Shown in pieces: positions 49,410 through 58,507 of a DNA stretch of 64,000 nt. The translations under genes were made by a program, and so were the position numbers. Source of the DNA: an uncultured Candidatus Saccharibacteria bacterium. Lineage in GTDB: Bacteria > Patescibacteriota > Minisyncoccia > Phycocordibacterales > UBA5272. The notes beneath the pieces are model-generated. The model did not search any database, had not been told where the DNA came from, and was given only the letters and a program-made list of their open reading frames with translations. Position 1 is the first letter of the stretch; the number at the start of each line of letters is the position of its first letter. Where the stretch lies: positions 8,198-72,197 of the forward strand of contig CAZEIK010000004.1 in the NCBI GenBank assembly GCA_964512315.1, given 5' to 3'.

Positions 49410-51196
49410 GACTTCATCATTTTAAGAAAAGTGTCGTGGCTGATGTGTACTTTACCTTCGGCAAGCATTCTCTTCTTACCCTCTTTTTGTTTCTCACGTA
49501 ATTTCATCTTGCGAGTAATGTCACCACCGTACAAGTGTCCTGTTACATCTTTTTTCATTGGAGCTATTGAGCGACTAGCAACTATTCTGCCTTTTATATA
49601 AGACTGTATCTTCACACGAAACATTTCTTTTGGAAGTATTTTTTCTAACTTCTCTACCACCTCCTCCGCCTCTTCTTGTTGTCTATATTCTGGTATAACT
49701 TTTGAAAAAGCCGCCACTCTCTCTTCTGCAACATACACATCCATTCTAGTAACACTGGCCGGTCTCATGTCTCCTGTCTCATATGACACAGATGCATAAC
49801 CGCTAGTTACACTCTTGATCTCGTCAAAGAAATTGCGCATCAACTCGCGCAGTGGCATGTCTAATGCCATACGCACCCTCTCGAATCCCCAGTCCTCCAT
49901 CTCCAAGACAGACGCTTCGTGCTTGTGCAATATTTCCATCACGTTACTAATATAGTCATGCGGTGTGATTACTGTTGTTAATATCCAAGGCTCTTTGACC
50001 GAGACAACATCACCATGATCTGGAAAATGTATCGGTGTATACACCATTTCTGTCTTGCCACCACGAGATGTGACTTCATATGTAATAGACGGACTAGTTA
50101 TAACAAGAGATAGTCCGAACTCTCTACGCAGTCTCTCTGTCACTATCTCCATATGCAGCATACCGAGGAATCCCGCACGGAATCCGCGCCCGAGCGCGCC
50201 CGATGACTCCTCCTCATAAGTAAGTGACGAGTCAGAAAGCCTCAACTTGCCAAGTGAAGTACGCAAGTCGTCGAAATACTCCTGGAACTCTGGATAAATA
50301 CTTGCGAACACGAGTGGTGTAGGCTCACTGTATCCAGGGAATGCTGGCATCTGATGAGCAAATGGAGTAATAGTGTCTCCAACCCTAGCCACACCCGGCT
50401 CCTTGATACCAGTTACAACATAACCTATCTCACCCTCATTAAGGCCATTATTCTCTACTTTTTGTGGGCGGAAATACCCAACTTCACGCACTATGAACTT
50501 GGCTTTGGATTGCAAGAATACAAATTCATCATTCTTCTTTATACCACCATCGAGCATACGCACATAAAGTATCACCCCTTGATGATTCGAATATTCAAAA
50601 TCAAAAATAAGCGCACGAGACCCATTCGAATCAATCAAAAACTTCTTAGGCTCAGGCACCTCTTTGGCTATAACTTCAAATAGGTCAACAACACCTTCAC
50701 CAGTCTTACCACTCACTGCATGTATATCCTCATATTCACAACCCAATATCTTCATTATCTCCTCCTTAGTATCATCAACTTTTGCAAGCGGCGAGTCTAT
50801 TTTGTTTACAACTGGTATGATACGTAGGCCGGCCTCCTTAGCCATCTCGAGCACTGTCATTGTCTGCGCCTGTACACCCTGAGTAGCATCCACCAAAAGT
50901 ATAGCCCCCTCCACCGCACGCAGACTGCGTGACACTTCATAAGAAAAGTCTATATGCCCAGGAGTGTCTATCAAGTTAAAAACAAATTCCTCACCAGCCT
51001 TAGACTTGTACAGCATTCTAACCGGGGTCATCTTGATCGTGATGCCGCGCTCACGCTCCAGCTCCATACTGTCCAAGATCTGATCCTGCATCAGCCTCCT
51101 GTCCACAGTAGCAGTCAGCTCGAGCATGCGATCAGCTAGTGTCGATTTGCCGTGGTCAATATGCGCAATGATAGAGAAATTTCTAATATTCACCAT
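49406..51196 (-). CDS. lepA: Translation elongation factor 4
   Basis: IRNFSIIAHIDHGKSTLADR, DTPGH, GFLGMLH, YGGDITRKMKL. Confidence 0.98.
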   Translation of the reverse strand: MVNIRNFSIIAHIDHGKSTLADRMLELTATVDRRLMQDQILDSMELERERGITIKMTPVRMLYKSKAGEEFVFNLIDTPGHIDFSYEVSRSLRAVEGAILLVDATQGVQAQTMTVLEMAKEAGLRIIPVVNKIDSPLAKVDDTKEEIMKILGCEYEDIHAVSGKTGEGVVDLFEVIAKEVPEPKKFLIDSNGSRALIFDFEYSNHQGVILYVRMLDGGIKKNDEFVFLQSKAKFIVREVGYFRPQKVENNGLNEGEIGYVVTGIKEPGVARVGDTITPFAHQMPAFPGYSEPTPLVFASIYPEFQEYFDDLRTSLGKLRLSDSSLTYEEESSGALGRGFRAGFLGMLHMEIVTERLRREFGLSLVITSPSITYEVTSRGGKTEMVYTPIHFPDHGDVVSVKEPWILTTVITPHDYISNVMEILHKHEASVLEMEDWGFERVRMALDMPLRELMRNFFDEIKSVTSGYASVSYETGDMRPASVTRMDVYVAEERVAAFSKVIPEYRQQEEAEEVVEKLEKILPKEMFRVKIQSYIKGRIVASRSIAPMKKDVTGHLYGGDITRKMKLREKQKEGKKRMLAEGKVHISHDTFLKMMKS

Positions 51197-51236
51197 GCCA
51201 CTCTAGCATATTTTGTAAAGTTTTTCGAGCTTAATA

Positions 51237-52874
51237 TTACTCAACAGATTCTAAACTTTCTGATATTTGTGTACGCTCTTTCTTCCAAATTTTTAACTTA
51301 ATAGCTTGTTCCAGGGTTAAAATGTCCCTATTGTTAAATATTTTTAAAGTTATGTACCAGACAAACAGTCCGATCATGGCGGCGAGTGACATTTGTAGAA
51401 GAAGACCAATAGTGGTCTCATTTATTTTGTTCCAATCTTCAAATATATTTAATCCAAGATAAGCTAGGATGCCGCCGAACAAGCTGGAGACAACGCTGTG
51501 CCACAATGTCTCGTTTAATTTCAAATTCACATGCTTGCGCACAAAGAAATACAAAATAATAACTTCAACAAGACAAAGCAAGAAGAACACCACTGCGAGC
51601 GACACAGTTGGTACCGAGTCAGTACTTATATTCAAGATCTTGGCTAGATGTGGCGATATAGCATTAACAATATTTTTAAACGCGAACAAAAATATAAAAC
51701 TCTGAACAAATAATAACATCACCTCTATTGCCAGCTGAACATACACCACACCTCTTGCGAACAGTACTCTACTGAACAGCTTGCGTATAGCATCAAAGAC
51801 TAATGCGAATAAAAATATTGCAAATGTGGCAGCTATCAGCTTGGTTGATTGCCAGTCGAATACACCTGTGCCATAAATAATACGGACCAGGTGAGCTCTA
51901 AAAATGAAACCAAATACAGCAATAGGTATTATTATAAAAATAAAATAATTTAATATATTTGAAACAAAGTTATCAAGCTCAGCCTGACTCTTGAGGCTTG
52001 TTAACTTTGGATAAACAGTGACCAAATAACTCATAACAATGATGCTGACAGGTATCCAATAAAGATTATAAGAAAGATTATAAACAGATATAGCTCCAGC
52101 TGGCAAAAGTGACCCAGCTGTAGCAAAAGTCAAAAGCCTGAGCTGCTGCACACCGAGTGTTAACGACCTAGGGCCAGCAACAGAAGCAATCTCTCTAATG
52201 TGAGATAGAGAGAAGCTGAACCCATCCCACAACTTGTCTGGTATGCGTGACAGGCCAGCCAGATTAGAAAGCAGATGCAGTATCGCGCCACAGACTATGC
52301 CGAGACCCAGCCCAGATGCACCATACATAGGATAAAAGACTGCGACCCCTAATATGCCACCAAAATTATACAGAACAGGCGCCAGAGAAAAATAGAAAAA
52401 TCTTTCTTTGGTTTGTAATATTGCACCGACTACATATGAAGTAGCAAGAAAGATCGGCTGCAGCATGAGGACTCGAGTCATGTCTACAAGCATAGCCTTC
52501 TGATCCATGCTAAACCCTGGCACATACCAGTCGAGTGTATGAGGTATCAAGAAATACATAATCGCTGCAAAAAATGCCAATATCGCAGCTACGAAAATTA
52601 TAAGCGTGGAGAACATTTCTCCTAACTTTTTGTACTCACCACTGTCTATTAATTTAGAAAAAATTGGTATGATGGTGACTGCTGATATAACAGACATTAT
52701 TATTAGGTTAATAGTATCTGGTATGCGAAAAGCCGCATAATATGTATCGAGTATCTCACCAGGCCCAATCTGAGAAGCGAACAATCTATCCCTTATCATT
52801 CCAAGAATGAGTGATAGGAAATTGAAAGATCCAAGTACTAGCGCAGCATATAAAAGCTTTTTCTCTCCTTGCAT
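51237..52874 (-). CDS. murJ: Lipid II flippase MurJ/MviN family
   Basis: LG.IRD, D.YYAAFRIPD, APVLYN, many TM helices. Confidence 0.9.
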   Translation of the reverse strand: MQGEKKLLYAALVLGSFNFLSLILGMIRDRLFASQIGPGEILDTYYAAFRIPDTINLIIMSVISAVTIIPIFSKLIDSGEYKKLGEMFSTLIIFVAAILAFFAAIMYFLIPHTLDWYVPGFSMDQKAMLVDMTRVLMLQPIFLATSYVVGAILQTKERFFYFSLAPVLYNFGGILGVAVFYPMYGASGLGLGIVCGAILHLLSNLAGLSRIPDKLWDGFSFSLSHIREIASVAGPRSLTLGVQQLRLLTFATAGSLLPAGAISVYNLSYNLYWIPVSIIVMSYLVTVYPKLTSLKSQAELDNFVSNILNYFIFIIIPIAVFGFIFRAHLVRIIYGTGVFDWQSTKLIAATFAIFLFALVFDAIRKLFSRVLFARGVVYVQLAIEVMLLFVQSFIFLFAFKNIVNAISPHLAKILNISTDSVPTVSLAVVFFLLCLVEVIILYFFVRKHVNLKLNETLWHSVVSSLFGGILAYLGLNIFEDWNKINETTIGLLLQMSLAAMIGLFVWYITLKIFNNRDILTLEQAIKLKIWKKERTQISESLESVE

Positions 52875-52893
52875 TTGTTAAAGATTATAACAC

Positions 52894-52920
52894 GAAGCCG
52901 CCTGCGGAGCAGGCGGCTTC
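52894..52920. terminator. Hairpin at 3' end of rnpB
   Basis: GAAGCCGCCTGC-GGA-GCAGGCGGCTTC. Confidence 0.7.
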
Positions 52921-52921
52921 T

Positions 52922-53230
52922 CTACTTTTATAAGCCGAATTCTGTAATGTGTATTTGTGAAGATACACATTGATAGGTATTTTTCTTGCTTGCATGTTGC
53001 CATGCAAATCTTTTGCGACGACTCCAACACAAGGTTGGTACGGTCTTGCACACGAGTACGTATTTAGCCGTTTCAGCCGGACTGAACCGGGTCGTTTCTG
53101 TTCGCAACGCTGCAGTTGCCTGCGATGGGTATTACCCACTACTTTTGTTCTGAATAATTCAAAACTATGTGTTCGGACTTTCCTCACTCACCGAGCTAAA
53201 AGCTTGGATTTGCGCACCTATCAAAAGTAG
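52922..53230 (-). ncRNA. rnpB: RNase P RNA
   Basis: Conserved GAGGAAAGTCCGAAC and ACAGAATTCGGCTTAT (P4 halves), ACAGAAA and TGAAACGG regions, P1 CTACTTTT/AAAAGTAG. Confidence 0.93.
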
Positions 53231-53232
53231 CA

Positions 53233-53664
53233 TTACCACTTTACCACGTCACCTAACTTTATATCAAGCTTATCTACCTCGCCAGCATTCAACTCCAATA
53301 CATACTGCGACGGCAATTCTGATGTGATTGTATTCGGATAACTTTCTTTTTTGACACTTTTCGCAATGCTTACGATTTGCCTATTGCTATCTATAAATAT
53401 CATATCCAGGTCAAACTTCATGTCTTTCATCCAGAATCTATTATCTCGCTCTTCACTGAACTCGAACAACATCCCACATTTAGAACACATCCCATAACGT
53501 CCAGACAGGCCTAGTTGCCTATCTCTGTCATTATTAACAACTTGAACCCAAAAGGTATTACTGTTTATGGATAGGCTATTCTTATAAGTGCCTCGCACTC
53601 CAAAATAATAAATAACTCCTATTGATAAAAATAAAATTATTAAACTTAAAAAAAGTTTTTGCAT
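53233..53664 (-). CDS. DUF192 family protein
   Basis: R..GLSGR, GMLF.F, FWMKDM.F.LDMIFID, YVLELNAG. Confidence 0.92.
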   Translation of the reverse strand: MQKLFLSLIILFLSIGVIYYFGVRGTYKNSLSINSNTFWVQVVNNDRDRQLGLSGRYGMCSKCGMLFEFSEERDNRFWMKDMKFDLDMIFIDSNRQIVSIAKSVKKESYPNTITSELPSQYVLELNAGEVDKLDIKLGDVVKW

Positions 53665-53666
53665 TG

Positions 53667-53740
53667 TGGGCGATACAGGAGTTGAACCTGTGACCTTTTC
53701 TACGTCAAAGAAACGCTCTAGCCAACTGAGCTAATCGCCC
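53667..53740 (-). tRNA. tRNA-Val (GAC); CCA not encoded
   Basis: GGGCGAT-TA-GCTCAGTTGGCTAGAGC-G-TTTCT-TTGACGT-AGAAA-AGGTC-ACAGG-TTCAACT-CCTGT-ATCGCCC-A. Confidence 0.93.
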
Positions 53741-53773
53741 TCCGTTGTGAGGATGTACAAATATTAACACAAT

Positions 53774-54214
53774 TTATTCGTGATGATAAGCTGAGCCATT
53801 AAGTATCATATAACCACGGTATATCTGCTCATACAGCATCAACTTACACATAGCATGGGGCCAAACCATAAGACCAAAAGACATTGTGTAATTAGCCCTG
53901 TGTTGCAATTCTGCATCAACACCATAAGCTCCACCAACAATGAATACCAATCTCTTCTGCGAGTCTTGCATTCTATTATCTATCAACTCTGCAAATTCTT
54001 CACTTTTCAAATTACTCCCTCTCTCGTCTAATAATACAACATAATCATCTGATTTGATTAGCTTCATCATTCTTAGTGTTTCGTCTGACTTGTCACTGTG
54101 CGATAAGATTTCTTCTTCTACATTAACCCATTTTGAAAGTCTTTTCTTGTATTCATTTATATCATCCTGAAATGGTATGGACTTTTTAGAGACAGAAATA
54201 ATTAATATTTTCAC
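53774..54214 (-). CDS. rlmH: 23S rRNA pseudouridine-1915 N3-methyltransferase
   Basis: LDERG, FIVGGAYG, PH.M..L.L.EQIYR, YHH. Confidence 0.93.
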   Translation of the reverse strand: MKILIISVSKKSIPFQDDINEYKKRLSKWVNVEEEILSHSDKSDETLRMMKLIKSDDYVVLLDERGSNLKSEEFAELIDNRMQDSQKRLVFIVGGAYGVDAELQHRANYTMSFGLMVWPHAMCKLMLYEQIYRGYMILNGSAYHHE

Positions 54215-54221
54215 AGGAACA

Positions 54222-54271
54222 TTCTAACACAAAAACACATCGAGAGTTCTCGATGTGTTTTTGTGTTAGAA
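54222..54271. terminator. Long hairpin/terminator after DoxX gene
   Basis: TTCTAACACAAAAACACATCGAGA-GT-TCTCGATGTGTTTTTGTGTTAGAA. Confidence 0.75.
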
Positions 54272-54278
54272 ACCCTAT

Positions 54279-54731
54279 TTAGCAATTACAAGTTTTAGAA
54301 CCGTCCTTGTGGTCACACATTCCTTTTGGACAGCCACATTTACCTCCCCAAAGAGAGTATCTACCTGGTCCTGAGAATATCATTCCAAATGACACAGCTA
54401 GAAGTAATAACTGATACTCGTAACCATTACCCATCATGCTGTAGCCATTAGCAAAGTGAACTTTGAAAATTGCTACAAGCATAACAATGGTAAGCAGAAC
54501 TGCTGCATACATTGTATACACTCCTAGAATTAGAAATGCTCCACCGATAACTTCTACAAGGCCAACGAACATCACCATGTTAGATCCACCAAGTCCGATT
54601 GAAGTGAAGAATGGCGCAAACATATCCGGATTAACAACTTTGCCGTATCCGTGGAATACAAAAGCAATACCAGCAACAACGCGAACGATCAGTAAGAATA
54701 CATTATGATTATATTGTTTTAAAAATTGCAT
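54279..54731 (-). CDS. DoxX family membrane protein
   Basis: RV..G..F.FHG..K, EV.GG, H...G, G.EY, GPG.YS; start ATG 54731; Cys-rich tail. Confidence 0.9.
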   Translation of the reverse strand: MQFLKQYNHNVFLLIVRVVAGIAFVFHGYGKVVNPDMFAPFFTSIGLGGSNMVMFVGLVEVIGGAFLILGVYTMYAAVLLTIVMLVAIFKVHFANGYSMMGNGYEYQLLLLAVSFGMIFSGPGRYSLWGGKCGCPKGMCDHKDGSKTCNC

Positions 54732-54797
54732 AAGTGAAAGTAAGTCTATTAGACTTGAGTAAAGTATATAACATTTTTGTGTTATAATTGTCACAAT

Positions 54798-55862
54798 ATG
54801 AAGATTTTGGCAATAGAAACAAGTTGCGACGAAACTGGAGTATGTATAATAGAATTCAAAAATAATTCTAACAATTTTAAAGTTCTATCTAATCTTCTCA
54901 TCTCTCAGATCGATATACATAAGGAATTCGGTGGCGTCTACCCTAATATGGCAAAGAGAGAGCACAGTAAGAACTTACCAATTCTAATACAAAAGTCACT
55001 ATCCGAAGCCAAAATCAAAATAGAAAATCTAGACGCAATAGCTGTAACCAATGGTCCTGGACTAGCTCCAGCCTTGTGGGTAGGAGTAGAAGAAGCGAAG
55101 AAGCTTTGCAAGGAACATAACATACCATTGTACGGCATCAATCACATGGAAGGGCATATTTACGCCTCTCTTGTTGAGGAGATAAAGAAAAACGAATACA
55201 AAATAACAGAACCAAAAATGCCAGGTATAGCATTGCTAATATCAGGCGGACACACCGAGCTAGTATTCATGCCAAGACTTGGTAAGTATCAAAAAATAGG
55301 AGAAACATTAGATGACGCAGCCGGTGAAGCTTTCGACAAGGCGGCCAGATCTCTTGGATTAGAATATCCTGGCGGACCAAAGATTTCTAAGTTAGCAGAA
55401 AGCGCTAGAAAAAGAGGTGTAGTAACTCCGGAGAATTTAAGACTGCCGAGACCAATGATTAACTCAAAGGACTTAAACTTTTCTTTTTCTGGATTAAAAA
55501 CAGCCGTAATGTACGCGGCACAGAAAACAGAAATTGACGACGACACAAGAGAGGTATTCTGCATGGAATTCGAGAACTCAGTGACAGACGTTATAACTAA
55601 AAAGTTGGAGACTGCTACCTTTCTATACAACGCTGAGTCAGTAATAATAGGTGGTGGCGTGTCAGCTAACACACACATAAGATCTGCTATTAATGAGGTG
55701 TGCAAAAGGGACTCGATTGATCTGTATTTACCTAAAAAGGACCTCTCTACAGATAATGCATTGATGATAGCCATAATCGCCATGGTCAAAGTTCTGAACG
55801 GCGCTACACCTGACTCAAGTGATACACTGGCCGCACAAAGCAATCTATCTATAGCAAATTAA
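54798..55862 (+). CDS. tsaD: tRNA t6A37 threonylcarbamoyltransferase subunit
   Basis: AIETSCDET, GPGL, NHMEGH, SGGHT, DDAAGEAFDK, FSFSGLKT, TDNALMI; start ATG 54798. Confidence 0.97.
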   Translation: MKILAIETSCDETGVCIIEFKNNSNNFKVLSNLLISQIDIHKEFGGVYPNMAKREHSKNLPILIQKSLSEAKIKIENLDAIAVTNGPGLAPALWVGVEEAKKLCKEHNIPLYGINHMEGHIYASLVEEIKKNEYKITEPKMPGIALLISGGHTELVFMPRLGKYQKIGETLDDAAGEAFDKAARSLGLEYPGGPKISKLAESARKRGVVTPENLRLPRPMINSKDLNFSFSGLKTAVMYAAQKTEIDDDTREVFCMEFENSVTDVITKKLETATFLYNAESVIIGGGVSANTHIRSAINEVCKRDSIDLYLPKKDLSTDNALMIAIIAMVKVLNGATPDSSDTLAAQSNLSIAN

Positions 55863-55950
55863 AACACTTTCTCTGTTCGCAAGCGAGGTGCTAACTCCAA
55901 CAACAAATGCCTTATGTGAGTGCGGTCGCTTGCGAACACAAAAAGTGTTC
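55863..55950 (-). ncRNA. Candidate ~90-nt structured small RNA
   Basis: 13-bp perfect inverted repeat (55874-55886/55926-55938) plus outer 8-bp stem; minus-strand promoter TTGTGC-16 nt-TATAAT with extended TG at 55957-55984. Confidence 0.45.
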
Positions 55951-55985
55951 TTTTTTATTATAACAAAAATACTATTTTGCACAAA

Positions 55986-56016
55986 CATAAAACCCGCCGA
56001 ATGGCGGAGTTTTATG
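55986..56016. terminator. Terminator downstream of O-antigen ligase-like gene
   Basis: CATAAAAC-CCGCC-GAAT-GGCGG-A-GTTTTATG. Confidence 0.7.
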
Positions 56017-56064
56017 AGGACATTTGTTGTTGTTGTAAGTCGCACACTTAATGCGCTCACCAGA

Positions 56065-58452
56065 CTATTTTAGCAACTTAACCAGCTCGGCGTCAAGTCT
56101 CTTGGCTGCGTCTTGATCTCTCTTTCTCAAGTCTTCTAATTCTTTTTTAGCCTCTTCTTTGTGGCCAGCATAAGCTGCAGCAGTTATGAACTTTTCTTGT
56201 GAATACTGATAAGTATTTTCTGAGTCGTACATTTTCTTAGCTAAATCATAGGCGTTCGTATAGTCCTTCATCTGAATCAGTAAATCTATATATTCGCCTA
56301 CTATACCCTGCTTGTTTGGTGCCAATGCTACAGCTCGAGCCCCAAACTCTTTGGCTTCATCCAATCTACCCATATATCTCAAATATATAGAGTATAATGA
56401 TAAGTTTCTTGCATTAGGTTTAGTATTTATCAGGTTCAACATTTGAGACTCAGCTAAAGCTTGCAACTCGGCTAAGTCTTTCGCAGTTTCAGTACGTTTA
56501 TCTTCCGGGATTTTGCTTATGTCTATATTTTTGAAAAGCGTAACCTGAGATAGCATCTGCTCAGCAACTTCTGTTTTACCATAGCTATTAGCAGCAACCG
56601 CTGACTTAAAGTAATTAAGTGTCATCTTTACTGCAGCTGGAACATCTTCATATTTCGACAATGTGCTAGTTATACGAAGTCCTGACAAAACATCCAAGTT
56701 AGCAGATAGAGGCTTGTACACAGTATAAGTGAACAGTGTAAGACTTATAACTGAGGCAGCAACCAAGTAAGCGTATACAACTCTCTCGCTGATGTGTTTG
56801 TTATTTTTAGACTCGTCTTTTATATGCCCATCTGTATCACGTGTACGAGATGCTATATAAGATAAGACCAGAACGAACATTATCCAACTGATAAGATTAT
56901 CGAAAACGAATATGTTGTGTACAAAGTATCCAACCAGTACACCAGTAAGAAGAGATCTTTCTGCAGGCGTCATGTTTACTCTTCCCTTACTGAACCAAAG
57001 CATATAAATAGGTGTAAGATAGAGCGCCAGGTAGGCAACTAGTCCCAATACTCCACCAGCAACCAACCAATCAAAGAACACATTGTGTGCACGGTCGAAC
57101 CAAGGCTCTTGCTTATACATTCTAGGGTCATAATGCTCAGCAAAAACACTAGAATAATTCTCCTGCCCATAACCTATTACTTTAGTGTGAAGACTTTCAC
57201 TCCAGCCTTCTATACTCATCTTGGCATTTAATATACGAGACACAATTGTTATCTCTCCAAATGTCTCTAGCATGCCTGGGTAATTATCACTTTCTATTGA
57301 GTTATAAGCTTTCGACAAAGTCGGTACATTGATTGTAGTCAATCTTTTTACAAAAACAGAGCTGTTAGCAAACTCGCTAGTTTTTAAAGCTTGGAAGCCA
57401 GACAACAACAAGAATGGCACCACGACGAAAGTTATAACTGTTGTAAAGGTTATAGTTAAAGCTTTCTTTGTCTTGTCAGCTATTTTCTTTGTATATTTGA
57501 AAGTTAAATAACAATAAGCTGCAACAATGGCACCCAGAACTAACCCCAGATAAGATCCACGAGTCTGAGTGTAAATTAAAAGAAAAGCATTTAAAGCTGC
57601 TCCGACTATTAGAGGCCAACTACCAACCTCACCATCACTGAACTTCTTCGCTAGATTGTATCCGCCGAATACTAACCCAACCATTCCTATGAACCATATA
57701 ACAATGCTGACACTAGAAAATGCAGAATTCATTTCGGCGAATCTGCTCAATAGTACTAACAGTGAAGAACCAATAACCATCCATACAGCACGCAATCCTT
57801 GCTTACTTTTCCAGTTGTTAACCTTAAAGGCTAATGCCGCCAGAATAAAAGCAAAGAACAAAGTATATATACCATAATAGGCAGCGTTACCAAGTGTTGA
57901 ATCCAAGCGCAAATTATTACCCATGCTTGTAGGGTAAGCTGAGTTAATATATTCAACGATCTTAGTGCTGTATAACTTTGTAACGAAGAAATCTTTCTGC
58001 CCTAGCGCTTGCAATACTGCTTGTAATGTAACTGCTATGTTGCCAACAATAAACCAACCCATCATTCTTAACCAATCCTTGTCCGTCCTGTACACAGAAT
58101 AAAGTATTGTGAAATATATAAATAAGTGTAAATGTGTGAACCATCCTTCGCTACGCTCAAAGTTAGAAAAGAATGACAGGTAAGGGTTAACTCCTAACAG
58201 GTTGGCTATACATATAACCAATAGAAATGCTGAGTAAGAATAAAAAACTAAAGACTTTTTAGGTCTATACATTGGCTCAAGTGCAGCTAACGCAACCCAA
58301 GCAACAAAAGATATCTCAACTAAGAATCTAAAACTAAAGTTCTTGCCTGTAATGTAAGGGAAAAATGTAGACTCCGACACGAACCACGCGAGCAGTGGTA
58401 TAATCGCAAGAGATGCGTATATTATACCTTTGAGAAAGCCTGATAAATTCAT
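56065..58452 (-). CDS. O-antigen ligase/O-oligosaccharyltransferase (Wzy_C) family protein with C-terminal TPR-like region
   Basis: STLGN, TQTRG, G.G.EN, DRAHN..FD.LV.GG.LG motifs, many TMs, helical repeat C-terminus. Confidence 0.88.
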   Translation of the reverse strand: MNLSGFLKGIIYASLAIIPLLAWFVSESTFFPYITGKNFSFRFLVEISFVAWVALAALEPMYRPKKSLVFYSYSAFLLVICIANLLGVNPYLSFFSNFERSEGWFTHLHLFIYFTILYSVYRTDKDWLRMMGWFIVGNIAVTLQAVLQALGQKDFFVTKLYSTKIVEYINSAYPTSMGNNLRLDSTLGNAAYYGIYTLFFAFILAALAFKVNNWKSKQGLRAVWMVIGSSLLVLLSRFAEMNSAFSSVSIVIWFIGMVGLVFGGYNLAKKFSDGEVGSWPLIVGAALNAFLLIYTQTRGSYLGLVLGAIVAAYCYLTFKYTKKIADKTKKALTITFTTVITFVVVPFLLLSGFQALKTSEFANSSVFVKRLTTINVPTLSKAYNSIESDNYPGMLETFGEITIVSRILNAKMSIEGWSESLHTKVIGYGQENYSSVFAEHYDPRMYKQEPWFDRAHNVFFDWLVAGGVLGLVAYLALYLTPIYMLWFSKGRVNMTPAERSLLTGVLVGYFVHNIFVFDNLISWIMFVLVLSYIASRTRDTDGHIKDESKNNKHISERVVYAYLVAASVISLTLFTYTVYKPLSANLDVLSGLRITSTLSKYEDVPAAVKMTLNYFKSAVAANSYGKTEVAEQMLSQVTLFKNIDISKIPEDKRTETAKDLAELQALAESQMLNLINTKPNARNLSLYSIYLRYMGRLDEAKEFGARAVALAPNKQGIVGEYIDLLIQMKDYTNAYDLAKKMYDSENTYQYSQEKFITAAAYAGHKEEAKKELEDLRKRDQDAAKRLDAELVKLLK

Positions 58453-58507
58453 ATTTACTGTTTATATATTTTAATTAATGCTTAAAAGTATAACACAGCA
58501 AAACAGC

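Noticed and set aside
52885-53230. ORFs 52885..53187 (-) and 52970..53230 (+)
   Set aside because: They overlap the RNase P RNA gene and have no protein-like features.
55863-55950. SRP (4.5S) RNA or 6S RNA identity for the hairpin
   Set aside because: Lacks the conserved SRP domain IV motif (CAGG...GNRA...AGCAG) and is too short for a typical 6S RNA; kept as an unknown candidate.
55845-56073. ORFs 55845..56060 (-) and 55888..56073 (+)
   Set aside because: They cross hairpins and a terminator, overlap neighbouring gene ends and have no recognisable features.
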